NCBI GenBank assembly: GCA_965644315.1
Contig: CBFFRQ010000084.1
Coordinates: forward strand, 33,480-97,479
Direction: 5' to 3'
DNA length: 64,000 nt
Origin: Caecitellus pseudoparvulus
Lineage: Eukaryota > Protista > Bigyra: Bicosoecida
Shown in pieces: positions 53,304-64,000 of the stretch. Numbering within the stretch: the first letter of the stretch is position 1; each line of letters opens with the position of its first letter. The notes under the pieces were generated by a model. That model had not been told where the DNA came from, did no database searches, and saw nothing but the letters and a program-made list of their open reading frames with translations. A program made the position numbers and the translations under genes.

Positions 53304-53781
53304 GGTTGGCGGAGCGGTCCAGTGCAGCTATACCAAACCCGGTCACTGCGCGCAGGGCATGCTGGGAGCAGCGACGCCGCCAGGCTTGCCGTGTGCGGAA
53401 CTTGCAGCACCCCTCGCCAGGGCCTCCTGGCCACAAGTGCGGCACTCCAACGGCTCACACGTGCAAGCCTCGGCCAATCTGTCGATGAAAGGTGCACGGA
53501 TGACCGGTTGCAATTGTGCTGACAGTGCAGAGTGCCGGCCCTGGCACAGGTTTCTCAGGCCTGACCCTCCCTTCACAGGCTTGCCGCTTGGGAAGCCTGC
53601 CACGTGCAGCAAGCCTCGGCACAACGGCTCCCTGCGGGGATCAAAACCTCTTCTATTGCATTGAGCAACACCCACGCGTTTACCTGTGTCCCCGTGGCCT
53701 GTCAGGCCTGCAGGTGGGAGCGAGCTTGGCCCACAGCCTTGTCGCGAGAGGTGCACAGCAGCAGCAGAGCAGTGAAACGCC

Positions 53782-55221
53782 ATGGCCAAGGAGAGCGCCA
53801 GCTCCCTTCGGGAGTTCCTCTGCGACATCAAGTGCTACGACCTGGTGCCCATATCCAGCAAGGTGCTCGTGTGTGACATGGACATCTCCATCCAAATGGC
53901 CTTCTTTGCGTTTGCGGAGCACGGTGAGCTCGCCAGGGTGGAGTTTCGCTGCCATTCCCACCCTCTGCATTGCCCCCTGACTGCCCTCGTCGCAGGCATG
54001 TTCGCTGCAGCGCTGTGGGACTCGCGCAATGGCTGCTTCAGTGGCATGCTGACGTCCTCCGATTTCGTGCACCTCCTGCACACGTACCGACACGGCCCCA
54101 AGGCGGTGGAGGCGCTGAGCACTCACACAATCCGCAGCTGGCGAGGTACGGCGCACACGCACCCCGCCGCACCGCTGGCGCGACGCACCCCACCCCGCAC
54201 CCCACACACAGAAGCTGCCCAAGCCCTGCGACAGGGCGCCACCCCCTCCCAGGGCGCAGCTCTCAAGGAAGGGGACTTGGGCGTGACTCACACCGCCACC
54301 AGCGACACGTCAGTGTCGGCCAGCGCCTCTGCTGCCATCGCCCAAGCCCACAGCGCCGGGGGGCAGCAGGGCGCCATGGCGCATGTGGCTGACGGCGCCG
54401 GGGGGCCCGTGGGCGGCGGGCGGCTCATCTGCGTGTCCCCTGAAGACTCTCTTCTGGACGCCTGTAGTGTGTTCCATCAGTACGGCATCCACCGACTGCC
54501 AGTGGTGTACGAGCCGCAGCAGTCGGTGCTGGCCATCCTCACTCACAGAGCCGTCCTGAAGCACGTCGTGGAGTTCTTCTCCCCTGCACAGGACGCCACC
54601 GTGGCAGCCGGCACCACCGCCGCCGCGCTGGAGACTGGCTTCTTCCCCCGCAGCGCTCACAAGCTGGGCATCGGCACGTACAGCAACATGGTTACGCTGC
54701 CCTCTAGCACGGTTCTGTCCCAGGTGCTGGACACCATGGCCACGCACAACGTCAGCGCCATCCCGCTCACGGACAGCGAGGGCGTCGTGCGGGACATCTT
54801 CACGAGGGAGGACACGCTGGTGCTGGCGCTGGATGAGACGCTGGCTGCCCTCACCGCGTCAGCCAGCGCCTTCAAGGCAGGCCAGCAGGACCTCATGCGG
54901 GGCAACACGGAGCTCGTCACTGTGCCCCGCAGCACGACCATGGCACAGCTGCTGGAGTTGTTCGGCACCACCGGCGCACACCGCGTGGTGGAGGTGGACG
55001 CAGCGGGCAGGTGCTCTGGCATCATCTCCCTCTCCGACGTCTTCGGGTACGTGCTGGGGTCCTTGCATGGTCGTGTGGCCCGCCGACGGCGCGCCAGCAG
55101 CCTGTCCAGTGGTGCCAGCTCAGTCCCTGGCAGTCCGGCCGTGCGTGTGGATGCGCCAGCTGAAGCTGTGTCGCTGCAGGCCTCCGCAGCTTCAGAGGAG
55201 CACGACGTGGAGCTCGCATAG
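53782..55221 (+). CDS. AMPK/SNF1 gamma subunit (CBS domains); in-frame introns 53924-53995 and 54146-54211
   Basis: CYDLVPISSKVLV.D, AFFA..HG|MFAAALWDS..F.GMLT.SDF, IHRLPV, ILTHR, LGIGTY.N, VSAIP and GIISLSD. Confidence 0.9.
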   Translation: MAKESASSLREFLCDIKCYDLVPISSKVLVCDMDISIQMAFFAFAEHGELARVEFRCHSHPLHCPLTALVAGMFAAALWDSRNGCFSGMLTSSDFVHLLHTYRHGPKAVEALSTHTIRSWRGTAHTHPAAPLARRTPPRTPHTEAAQALRQGATPSQGAALKEGDLGVTHTATSDTSVSASASAAIAQAHSAGGQQGAMAHVADGAGGPVGGGRLICVSPEDSLLDACSVFHQYGIHRLPVVYEPQQSVLAILTHRAVLKHVVEFFSPAQDATVAAGTTAAALETGFFPRSAHKLGIGTYSNMVTLPSSTVLSQVLDTMATHNVSAIPLTDSEGVVRDIFTREDTLVLALDETLAALTASASAFKAGQQDLMRGNTELVTVPRSTTMAQLLELFGTTGAHRVVEVDAAGRCSGIISLSDVFGYVLGSLHGRVARRRRASSLSSGASSVPGSPAVRVDAPAEAVSLQASAASEEHDVELA

Positions 55222-55358
55222 AGGCAGCTTTGCACACTGAGTGGTTTGGTGACAAATGCATTTCGCGGGTTGGATCGGCGGGTGCTTGCCACGCACGTCC
55301 ACCCCTTGCGCGTGGGCGTGACACCAGCGTTTCGTGACCGCCGAACCAGGACCTCCAT

Positions 55359-55650
55359 CTACTTGCCAGCGGCACCCTGCGCGTTCGTCACGACAGCTGC
55401 GGGGAGAAATCATGTTGTGCATATCACGGCCAGCATGGGCCGCGCTGAGTAGCTCGCAGCACGCACTGGCGGGGCTCTCCACGCCCTGCTCGTAGGTGAA
55501 CTGCCGGAATTGGTAGGTGGTGCGGGACATGACCTGAGAGCGCATGGGCTCCTTGAGGACGTTGCGCAGAGCTGACGTCTGCACGTTCAACACCTCCAGG
55601 TAGTTCAGGCCAGCCTTGCGGAAGGCGCTGGTGAGCTGCGTGGATGCCAT
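55359..55650 (-). CDS. ATP5F1E: Mitochondrial F1-ATP synthase epsilon subunit (1 intron)
   Basis: FRKAGLNYLEVLN...ALRNVLKEP matches the WRxAGLxYxxY...LRxxLKE signature. Confidence 0.85.
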
Positions 55651-55851
55651 GACTGCTACGTGTGCTGGGAGGTGCTGGTGCTGGCAGTGCAGGTGCACAT
55701 GCAGGGGAAAGGGGCAGGGGCGAGCCGGGGTGCCGTGTGAGGTGTTGGGGTTGTGTGAGTCGTGGGGAAATGCGACGCTCAGGCTCACGGGTGCATTTGC
55801 GGCCCCCAGGCGCTGGCTTGCGGCGGCCGGCTGAAGTGGGCGCTGCATTGG

Positions 55852-56974
55852 TCACATCTTCCACCGGTTGTCGCAGTCCACACACAGGACGAAGGTTGTC
55901 ATGGGTTCGTCTGCCGACCGTGTCTGTTTCTGTGTGTATGTGGTGTTCCAGGACTTGCACACCTTGCACTGGAAGGTGCCCTTGTGCACCTGCATGCCCG
56001 CAGCCTCCATCTGCTTCGTCTTGTTCTTGGCCGCCCAGTCCAGCTGCACCGCCTCCTTGCCTGCCGTCAGAACGGCGTCAGTCTGCTTCTTGATGCTCTC
56101 GGACGCCACGTCTTCCTTGGAGGCGGTCGCCAGCCACGCCGCGTCTGCCAGGCCCAAGCCCGCCTTCACAGCCAATGGCACGTTGTCGCCGAAGTTGAAG
56201 TGCAGGCGGCGGAACTGTTCCGAATACTCAGCTGACGGGCGCTGTGGATCAATGCACCCCTGCAGCTTGTGCAGGGCCCGCTCCACCTCAGCCATGCGCC
56301 CCGCCACCTTCCACTGCAGCTGCTGCCCTGTCAGCGGCTCCCGCCCAGGCCGCAGCTCTCGCTGCAGCGCCAGCCCCTGCTCACTCTCGCAGGCAGCCAA
56401 CACCTTCTTGCCCAGCGCCTTGCGCACCGCCAGTCGGTTCCTCGGCAGCCCTGCCTCGTCTTCAAATGGCTCTGCCGGGGGAGATGTTGGCACGGCCGCA
56501 GCGGCAGCCTCTGCGGCACTCGGAGTGGGGCTTACGCTGGCAGCCTTGATCGCAGCCTCCTGCTGAGCCTTCCACTTCTTCACCACTGCCTTGGCCGCCT
56601 TTGCCACGTCTGGATCGGCATGCTTGCGCAGCTTGCTGAGGGAGTGCCCCACCTTGCTGGCCTGCGCAGTGGCGAGATAGGGCGGCCCAAGTCACAGGAC
56701 CACGCACACTCGTACGCAGCGCATAAACGCACTGCAATGGCTTTGAGGTTAAACGTCTCGTCCAGCAGGGCCGTGAGGATGTCCACGATGCGGCTTGAAA
56801 CCTGGGGCAAAGCAGGAAAGCCACCAGCGGGTGATCCGCACACACCCTCGCCGACACGGGGCAAGTGCCGGGACCCACATCATCTTCCACAGCTGCCAGC
56901 AAGTCGTGCTTGTAGCGGGCGAGGATGGAAGCGTCTCCAGCCTCAGACCGCTTGGCTGCCGAAGCAGACGCCAT
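55852..56974 (-). CDS. TFIIS: Transcription elongation factor TFIIS (several 5' introns)
   Basis: N-terminal TFIIS-N ([23 protein letters not shown]) and zinc ribbon [28 protein letters not shown]. Confidence 0.93.
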
Positions 56975-57112
56975 CGCTTGCACACGCCCCAATGTGACCA
57001 ATTTCCGCTGCAAGCTCCAGCTGCCTGCACTCCCCCTGAACAGCCCACGCTCCACCCAGTGGCAGTGACCTGCAGGGCGGTATGCCTTTGTGTCAGTGTT
57101 GAATTGCGGTAC

Positions 57113-58927
57113 TCATTCCGCTGCGGCCTCACCACCCTCAGGTGCCACCTCGACTTTCCCCCCCTCCAATGCAGCGAGCTTCTCCTCAGTCTTGTCCAGC
57201 CACAGCTTGGCGTTCTCGTAGCGCCCTCCCGACTGTTTCAGGGACTTAGTGAACAGCTCCTTCGCCGCTGGGAACGCCCCCATGTGGAACTGGCACAGGG
57301 CGATGTTGTACCACGTCACATGGTGCTCCCCGCACTGCGCCATGCTGCGCTGGAAACCCTCCACAGCTTCAGCGTACCGCCCCAGCCCCATCAGCACGCG
57401 TGACAGCTCAAACGAAATGTCCTTGGAGCTCTGCAGGGGATAGTACGTTGCCGAGATGCGCTTCACATCTTCGTACAGGTCACTCTTGAGCTTGTCGGGC
57501 ACGCTGCTGCTGCTGCTGTTGGCGAGGATGGTGGCCTTGAACTTGTAGAAGACGTCGCTGTCCCACTGCGCCGCGCGGATCACAGCCAGAGCCGTGGCCA
57601 AGGACGGGCTGGCCGTTTCGTCTTTGATGCAGCGCTGCACGCAGGAGAAGTTCTCTGGCCCGAAGTCCACCATGACGTCTTCCCACGCCAGGCGAGTCTC
57701 CACGAGGCCTTCCGGTGACTCCCCGAACACCACGGCGGCGCACTTGAAGCCGTCAATGTACGGCGTCATGAGGGAGAAGCCCCCCTTGGCCTGCGCGTAC
57801 AGGTCCACCGCGTGCAGGTTCACCATGAGGCTGAAGGAGCCGTGCAGGGCGATGTGTGGATCCCGCACACCCTCCAGCTCGCTCAGCTTGCTGTACGCCT
57901 TGTCCCCCAGCAGCAGCATGCAGCGCCCCTTGGACAAGGTCAGGAGATTGCGCAGCAGGGCCAGGCCGCCGATTGGCACCAGCACACTGGCCTCCTCCAC
58001 TTCACCCTGGTACCACTGCAGCACACTAGCGAGGGCGGGGTCACCTGCGTACGGCTCAGGCAGGGTCTCCACGTCCACCTCCTGGTACGACCACTCACAC
58101 CCCAGGCGCTTGATCATCCCTGCCTCCACTGGCACAGCCGTGCCTGGCACCGGGCGGCCTTCTGCAGCCGCCTTGCCCAGGACCTGCTGCACCTTGCGCT
58201 GAGCCTCCTCGGAAGCACTGGCGGTGCTGGTGCGGACGCTGGCCTGGTGCAGAGCCCCGCCCCGCACTTGAAACGCATCGTGGGGCAGCGTGTCGAAGAT
58301 GTAGTTCGTGATGGCGATGACGGGGTTGGCGAGGTTTGTCGGGTTCAGCGTCTTCTTCCCGTGCACCAGGCGCAGGCTGCAGTCGTACACTGCGTCAAAC
58401 ACAGCCATGTCCAACAAACCACTTTCCACGTGGGCTTTCAACGGCTCGTGCTTCAGCCAAAAATCCACGTTGTTCTGCGTGAAATCTGTCATGATGATCT
58501 GGAATGGCACCTCTACCCCTGGCGGCCACGCCTCACGCATGTCGTTCAAGTGGTACAGCAGCAGGTGCGTCAACTTGCCATGCCCAGCGCCAACTTCCAA
58601 CACATACACAGGTTGTGACGGGTCGGCAGCGCCATTCCTGCAAGCAAATACAGACGCAGCCTGTGCAGAGCACGGGCCACCCCGCACCACGCCACGCTTC
58701 ACCTACCCAAGGAACCAGTCACGAGCGTATGCAAGGATCATGCGGGCATAGCACTTGGCCAGAAAGCTGTTCGAAGACACGAAGTTCGGCACGATTGCCT
58801 TTGACCACGCGTCGATGCTGACATCATTGTAGAAGGCGCTCTGCAGCCGCCACAAGATGGATTCCCGCAGCGGCTTGGCCTCCTCCAGCACGATTCCGCC
58901 CGCAGCAGAAGAGGATGTCGCAGACAT
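57113..58927 (-). CDS. SAM-dependent methyltransferase (NDUFAF7/MidA-like) with C-terminal TPR repeats (1 intron)
   Basis: ESILWRLQ..FY...AW..VP, SAM motif VLEVGAGHGK, MTDF, ITNYIFDTLPHDAF, HGSFSLMVN, and TPR segments LGRYAEAVEGFQRS / WYNIALCQFHMG. Confidence 0.8.
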
Positions 58928-59099
58928 GGCACACAGAGCTTAAGCACGAGTACGTTCTCCGAAGCGCTTGCCTCAGATGAAGCCCACGCGGATGCCCGCG
59001 AAATAGCCGCGCCAGTGGCAACTGCGGACTTTGCACTGAAACGGCAATGCCTGCAAGCACCGAGAGGCAATGCCAAGACAGCGAGCCGCACTCCGCACG

Positions 59100-61870
59100 A
59101 CAGTCACCACCCAATGAATGTCATGGTCTGAGGGAGATCTGACGCAGTCGCCAACTTTGCCTGCAGCATGGATTTGCCAACGGGATCGCCCAGGCGTGAC
59201 AACTGGCAGCTCTGGCGCAGAGCACACACTGCACACCTTCAACGAAGACGGACGAACCCTGCAAACGAACATACGAGTACAAAAAAACGATGCCCATCCC
59301 CATCTTACAAAACCTCTTGCAGCAGGCACTGAAGCACAGCGCATGACCCGACAAATTGAACATATGAAAACCATTCCCAAAGACCAGAACCTGCATACCA
59401 CTGAACTCAAGGGATGGCCTTCAATTAAAATCAATACACAGCAACAAATTCTAAACTGAAGACAAAGCAAATCGCTCTCAGGTGCGACCAGGGACTGTCG
59501 GAAAACAATGAGAGAATCAGCATTGAACTCGAGATCTTCTCACTTCACCAAACTTAAAAAATAGAAAAAATGAAGGTGCGGAGAACCGAAGGTTCGCTTG
59601 AATAACATTAACGCTGTTGGAAGAAACATCTCCTATGCAGATCCGCTTTGTTGCAACCATATGTTCGTGACTGCACAATTCCGTCACAAAGCTCTTACAA
59701 GTCCGAATCATTGCCATTTTTCTGGCAGCGATGTCAGTATTGCTTCACTTGCATCAATAGAGCAAGAGGAAACCATCGTAATCCAGAATGATTGCCATGG
59801 GCATGCTCAAAAGCATCTTACTGCATTTGGGAAGTACTGTGCAACAGCATCATTCCCAAACAAATCCGTCAGCGGTGAAGAGTACTGTGCTAGAGACTAA
59901 ACTGCTCTCCATGGAAAGTAGCGACGTTCGGAGAAACCAATACAGCTAGATTTTACATTCAATGAGGCTCGATTGGCATTGGTACTATGACAATTTGGAA
60001 TTCAACGCACCAGCTCAGAGTTACGGTGTCCCGGTACACCAACATAAGACCTATGAAGTTGCATCAAATTAAACGTGACTTCTAATCGAACAGAGCATAC
60101 CGTACCAGGGACATAGAATGCCCGGTTCTCAATGCACTTGTGCATTCTAGGCAGTTGACCGGGTGCTATCTTGGGCATTCACTCGGGCGTAACTCCGCGA
60201 AAACAGATACTACAAAGTACATGCGCCCAATAGTGCCTCGTTTATGTTAGTCATTCAAGAGTTTACATAATTGCATGTATCAGCGGCGAATCGCTTGGAA
60301 AGTGTGGCGATCCGTTCGGTCGCTCCCAAAATGTGGCAAATGCACCACACAAACTCGCCCTCACAGGAAAGGAAAATGACATCATACAACAATAATCAAT
60401 ACTTTATGCCGGTGCTTTAACCTAGGGAGCACTGGATGGTTATTCCTGTTCGCATGGGAAACCGCACAGAAAGGAATGCAAAGCTGATGAAGCTTGTGGC
60501 CGGTGTGGCAGAAATCGTAAGTACTATTTTCAAGGGCCCAGACATGAAAACAGCCCCTGGCTACGGAATGTTAGTCGTGAAGCGATGCACTCAAGTTTAA
60601 TCGAAGCATGTCACCCATGGGCATGTACTGGGCCCTTTGGCGGTTCTCAGATCAATTCAGCGTTCTCAATGGGAGCGTGGGATGCACCTGCCGTCCTGAG
60701 CAACCACAAACGAGTGGATTCGAGCGCGACAGGAAGAAGACAAGGGCGAGCCCGCCCAAGCTGCACAGCAAGTTTATATCTTGCAACTTACCGTCAAAAA
60801 GTATGCACGTCTACTTTACTGCCAACTTTGACCAGCTGGAGGCCTGGTAAGGCACGTCAATACAGTCTGGACATTCTTATACATACTTTGAAAGAGAAAA
60901 TCTACGCATTCCCATGTTTAGCAAAGTTGGAATCCAGATACGGAATTCCCACTGAGAGAATGAAGTTACTGGATTGGTGATTCCATCTGTTAAGAATGAG
61001 AGAATTTTTGTTTGTCTGTTTTCTATCACTCGGCAGGAGAAAGGTGTAATCAAATGAACAGTAATATAGTAAAGCGCATTATCTCATGAAGAGAAAATGC
61101 TTCCTTGCAGAGGTATTTCTCTTTCAGTCTAAGAAGTGAATGCGGCGGCGGGATAATTTGTCAATATAGAACGCAAATCTCCTTGGTTCTTTGCATTTGG
61201 CAATCATTTGAAAGTCAAGGTAAAGAAGAGCTCTTGTTTGTCTGCAGGCAGTGCGACACTGTTTAATGAATGTGCTGGGGGTACTGCGTGCCTCGCCTTG
61301 TCGCGTTCAAGCATGAAGCTTGCGACTTGTTTTGACTCGGTGGTTGTTTGGAAAGGTTTGAGGAGCATAGTGAAAGATGTCATACATTTTCCGTGTAGGG
61401 ACGTCTGGAATTCTTGTGAACGGCAGTGTTTGGAAGGATTCTGAAGTGGGATAGAAAGAAATGTCAAACGCTTTGATTCCAGATGTTTCATTCCGAAGTC
61501 TCGTCCTTGTTGGGCAAAGGGGACAGTTCCGCCTGTCCAGATCATGACCTCGTCAGTTCGAGCAACACTCAATTTTTTGAGGGGCCCTCAAACTTTGGGC
61601 ACAGAGTTCACAGTTTTTCTTGAAACTTTGACATGTCGTTTCTTGAATGATGCCGGGCACACCTAAAAGCTCTGACAGTTGCCTAGAAAGCCAGGAAACG
61701 TAAGAGGCCTAGCGTTTTTAGCTCCAGGTCCCGACCTCACATTTACGGGGTCGGATCGAATGGTGACAGCGGAAGTCAAAATGGTACATGACCGGTTGGA
61801 AGAATCAAGATTCATTGTTTATGTGTATGGCACAGCACTGCATTGGTTGTCTCACTCCCCAGATCTTGCA
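59100..61870. other. Low-GC, apparently non-coding island (~2.7 kb; boundaries approximate)
   Basis: Sampled 60-nt lines give 26/60 (59341), 20/60 (60961) and 26/60 (61321) G+C, against 43/60 in a typical gene line (44881). Only short, motif-less ORFs. Confidence 0.7.
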
Positions 61871-61872
61871 CT

Positions 61873-64000
61873 CTATGCCATGTACTTTTTGTAGAGCGCG
61901 TCAAGCACGTCTTGGCCCGTGCGCGATCCAGTAGAGCCCGCTACCTCATCTGCTTTGGTGCCGGCATTCTCCAAGTACAGTCCTTCCTCATCGCATGCTT
62001 TCTGCAGGATATCCCAGTACCCCCGCAGGTTGGTGCCGTCCACGATGCGGATGCCAAGCTGCCCCTCCACATGTTCTCGCATGCCGTCTGGGACTGTGTG
62101 CGTCAATGCAATCATGGCGCCGCCATCCTCAACGTGAAAATCCTCCCCCCCGACGTAGGCTTTGAAGAGCCTGTCCCAGGCGGGCATGCTCCCAGGCTTT
62201 AGTTTGGGCTGGTTGTACAACATTAGAGCGGCAGCAATCAAGTCACCCACAGCACGCACAGCGGGCTTGTGCTTCCGCCTGATGTCCTCCCGCTTCGCAA
62301 TGCCGTAGGACTTCACACCCATCAAGCCTTCCACTGCCTTCTGCACTGCGGCAGCCCCTGCGTCGTTCACATCTCCGTACTTCAGCGTCTTCTGGTTGGC
62401 TCGCTTCACCTGCACACGCATGATCCACACAGTCGTCACGCCGTCCTTCTCTTCAAAGGACACCCGAATCACGTCGCCACCGTAGACATCTGGGAGCTCC
62501 TTCATCCAGAATGCACCCCTGCGGAGAGCCAAGTACTCCCACAGACTCTCATGAACCTGCTTAAGCGCCTCGTACGCAGCCCGTGCACGCGCACGCCAAT
62601 CTGCCTCAGCCCCGACTGCCTGGCCCCCACCGCCTGCTCCACCAGCTCCCGCTGCGGTGTGTGGTGCCCCAACACTCTCCCCTGGTGCAGCCGCTTGTGC
62701 AGGCGGGTCTGCTGTGCGGCCTGTCACGACCTCCATGCGCACCCCCGCCAGCTTCCCGCCTTCGGTGTCGCTGTTGCTGGCCTTCACGGCTTGCTTGTTT
62801 GCTTTCGCTGCTTGCTTCCTTGCCTTCACGTCTCGCTCCGTGGCATTTGCGGCTCCCACTTGGGCCTTCTCCACGACACTGTCGACTGTCACAAGGACAT
62901 GCCCGCCTTGGTCTGGCATCCTCGCCAGGGCACGAGTAATGGGCAGCTCGGCCTCCTGTCCGTACCCGTTGTACCGAATCCACACCATGACGTCAGCATG
63001 CACCCCTCCACGCCCATACTTGCGGTACACCCCCAGGCTGCCCAGGCCCAGGCAGTCGTCGTGTTCCACAAGCCAGCCCTTGTCGACAGCGTTGTCCACA
63101 AGTCGTGTGGCGGTTGGTGTGGTTGTAGCTGCCCCCTGCGCCATGCCATCGCCTGCTGCTGCCACGAGTGTCTCCTGGGGAAGCTCCATCAGGTGCCTCT
63201 CCAGCTGCTCTTCCTGGACAGTGTACTCAGCGGAGCGAAAGCCGAGCATGGTGGCTTTCGGCAGCCCTGCCCTCACGGCCTCCGGCAAGAGCTCCAGGAA
63301 TGAGGTCATCACCAGGTTGAGTGCGGCGCTCGGAAGCTTGCTGCCAGACAGGCGTCGAGACTCAGAGGGGATTGGCCATGGGCGAGGGGGCATCCATGGA
63401 CACAAGTGCTCCGTTGCAGCACGTGCCAGGTCCCGGGGTGTGTGTCCGTACAGCTCCAGGACCTGCTCCAGGAACATGTCAAGCTTCTCCTCTTCGCTCA
63501 GTTCATCTTCTCCCTTCCAGCGCTGCATGAACAGCGCGTCAAGCTTCCTCGCCATTTCCAGCGCTGCTTCTGAAGGCTGCTTGTCCTCCTTAGCCACTGC
63601 ACTTGATGCCTCCTGTGCTGCGTCCACCGCTGCACCAGGAGACTGCGTCTCTGCTTCCTCTCGGTACAGTGTGAATGAAGGGTCCACCACCCTGCATGTG
63701 TGTGTGAGCAGGAAGTTCATCAGAGACGATCGCGTCCATTTCACCCCCCCCAAACGAACTTGTGGGAACTTGCTCTCGTTCCAGTCCGCCCGCAGTGACA
63801 AATGCGCGTAGTCAGGCGGGAAATCATGAGGTGATCCGTCAGACAGGAACAGCTGTCGGGCGCGTTGCAAACTTGCACAGACCACCATGCCAATGGCGCT
63901 CTTCTTCAAGCTCAGGACCCCATACAGTTGCTCGCGCCATCGATCCGCGACTGCGGAGTCGAATTTGCTCTGCTGAAAGAGGCACTCCGCTTCATCAACG
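61873..64000 (-). CDS. STAND-like P-loop NTPase plus C-terminal Mrr-like PD-(D/E)XK nuclease (Crinkler/RHS 'CR'-type architecture); 5' end outside window
   Basis: The frame is open to the window edge and reads VDEAECLF (Walker B-like) ..GMVVCAS (sensor-1-like) ..YGHTPRDL (GxP-like) ..AVDKGWL. The C-terminus has GGD..RVQVKR..IALT..GIRIVDGTNL. Confidence 0.6.
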   Translation of the reverse strand, partial: VDEAECLFQQSKFDSAVADRWREQLYGVLSLKKSAIGMVVCASLQRARQLFLSDGSPHDFPPDYAHLSLRADWNESKFPQVRLGGVKWTRSSLMNFLLTHTCRVVDPSFTLYREEAETQSPGAAVDAAQEASSAVAKEDKQPSEAALEMARKLDALFMQRWKGEDELSEEEKLDMFLEQVLELYGHTPRDLARAATEHLCPWMPPRPWPIPSESRRLSGSKLPSAALNLVMTSFLELLPEAVRAGLPKATMLGFRSAEYTVQEEQLERHLMELPQETLVAAAGDGMAQGAATTTPTATRLVDNAVDKGWLVEHDDCLGLGSLGVYRKYGRGGVHADVMVWIRYNGYGQEAELPITRALARMPDQGGHVLVTVDSVVEKAQVGAANATERDVKARKQAAKANKQAVKASNSDTEGGKLAGVRMEVVTGRTADPPAQAAAPGESVGAPHTAAGAGGAGGGGQAVGAEADWRARARAAYEALKQVHESLWEYLALRRGAFWMKELPDVYGGDVIRVSFEEKDGVTTVWIMRVQVKRANQKTLKYGDVNDAGAAAVQKAVEGLMGVKSYGIAKREDIRRKHKPAVRAVGDLIAAALMLYNQPKLKPGSMPAWDRLFKAYVGGEDFHVEDGGAMIALTHTVPDGMREHVEGQLGIRIVDGTNLRGYWDILQKACDEEGLYLENAGTKADEVAGSTGSRTGQDVLDALYKKYMA

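Noticed and set aside
12459-54211. Several stop-free introns with length divisible by 3 (12459-12530, 21291-21359, 23785-23850, 24091-24177, 25621-25692, 37038-37109, 53924-53995, 54146-54211)
   Set aside because: About 8 of roughly 30 introns is no more than expected in a GC-rich genome. Noted only because the ORF track reads through them.
59484-59501. GCGACCAGGGACTGTCGG resembles the hAT left junction (GCGAC-CAGGGATCGTCAG, 15/18)
   Set aside because: No partner TIR, TSD or transposase remnant found by eye. Part of the match is flanking target DNA, so chance is likely.
59118-61894. Short ORFs (66-165 aa) in the low-GC island
   Set aside because: No recognisable motifs, no consistent strand and no host-like codon usage. 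They cannot be supported as genes or as a virophage/Polinton insertion.

Overview
Gene-dense, GC-rich eukaryotic genomic DNA with short (~65-90 nt) GT-AG introns and very small intergenic spaces. It is probably a flagellated protist; a stramenopile/bicosoecid-like host is my inference and is not demonstrated. About 28 protein-coding genes can be supported. Most are housekeeping: TMEM230-like, TBC Rab-GAP, cornichon, Ulp1/SENP, OGFOD1, CCDC86, ankyrin proteins, PH-RCC1-WW, Arp10-like, NME7, BIN4-like, POT transporter, Tam41, ANKRD13, SART1, PUM3, TPI, VPS9, AMPK-gamma, ATP synthase epsilon, TFIIS and a methyltransferase-TPR protein. Four accessory elements stand out. (1) A complete 4,139-bp hAT DNA transposon (26044-30182) with perfect 22-bp TIRs, an 8-bp TSD, an intact DDE transposase and a cluster of C-GAA-G hairpins at its right end. 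(2) An adjacent, apparently intronless, ~1,590-aa ankyrin-like gene carrying a near-perfect 14 x 42-bp coding minisatellite. (3) A ~2.7-kb low-GC, gene-free island whose strand skew flips (about 59.1-61.9 kb). (4) A 5'-truncated gene at the window edge encoding a STAND-like P-loop NTPase fused to a C-terminal Mrr-like PD-(D/E)XK nuclease (Crinkler/RHS-type architecture), the best candidate for an uncharacterised conflict or defence system. All family assignments come from motif recognition by eye; no searches were run.
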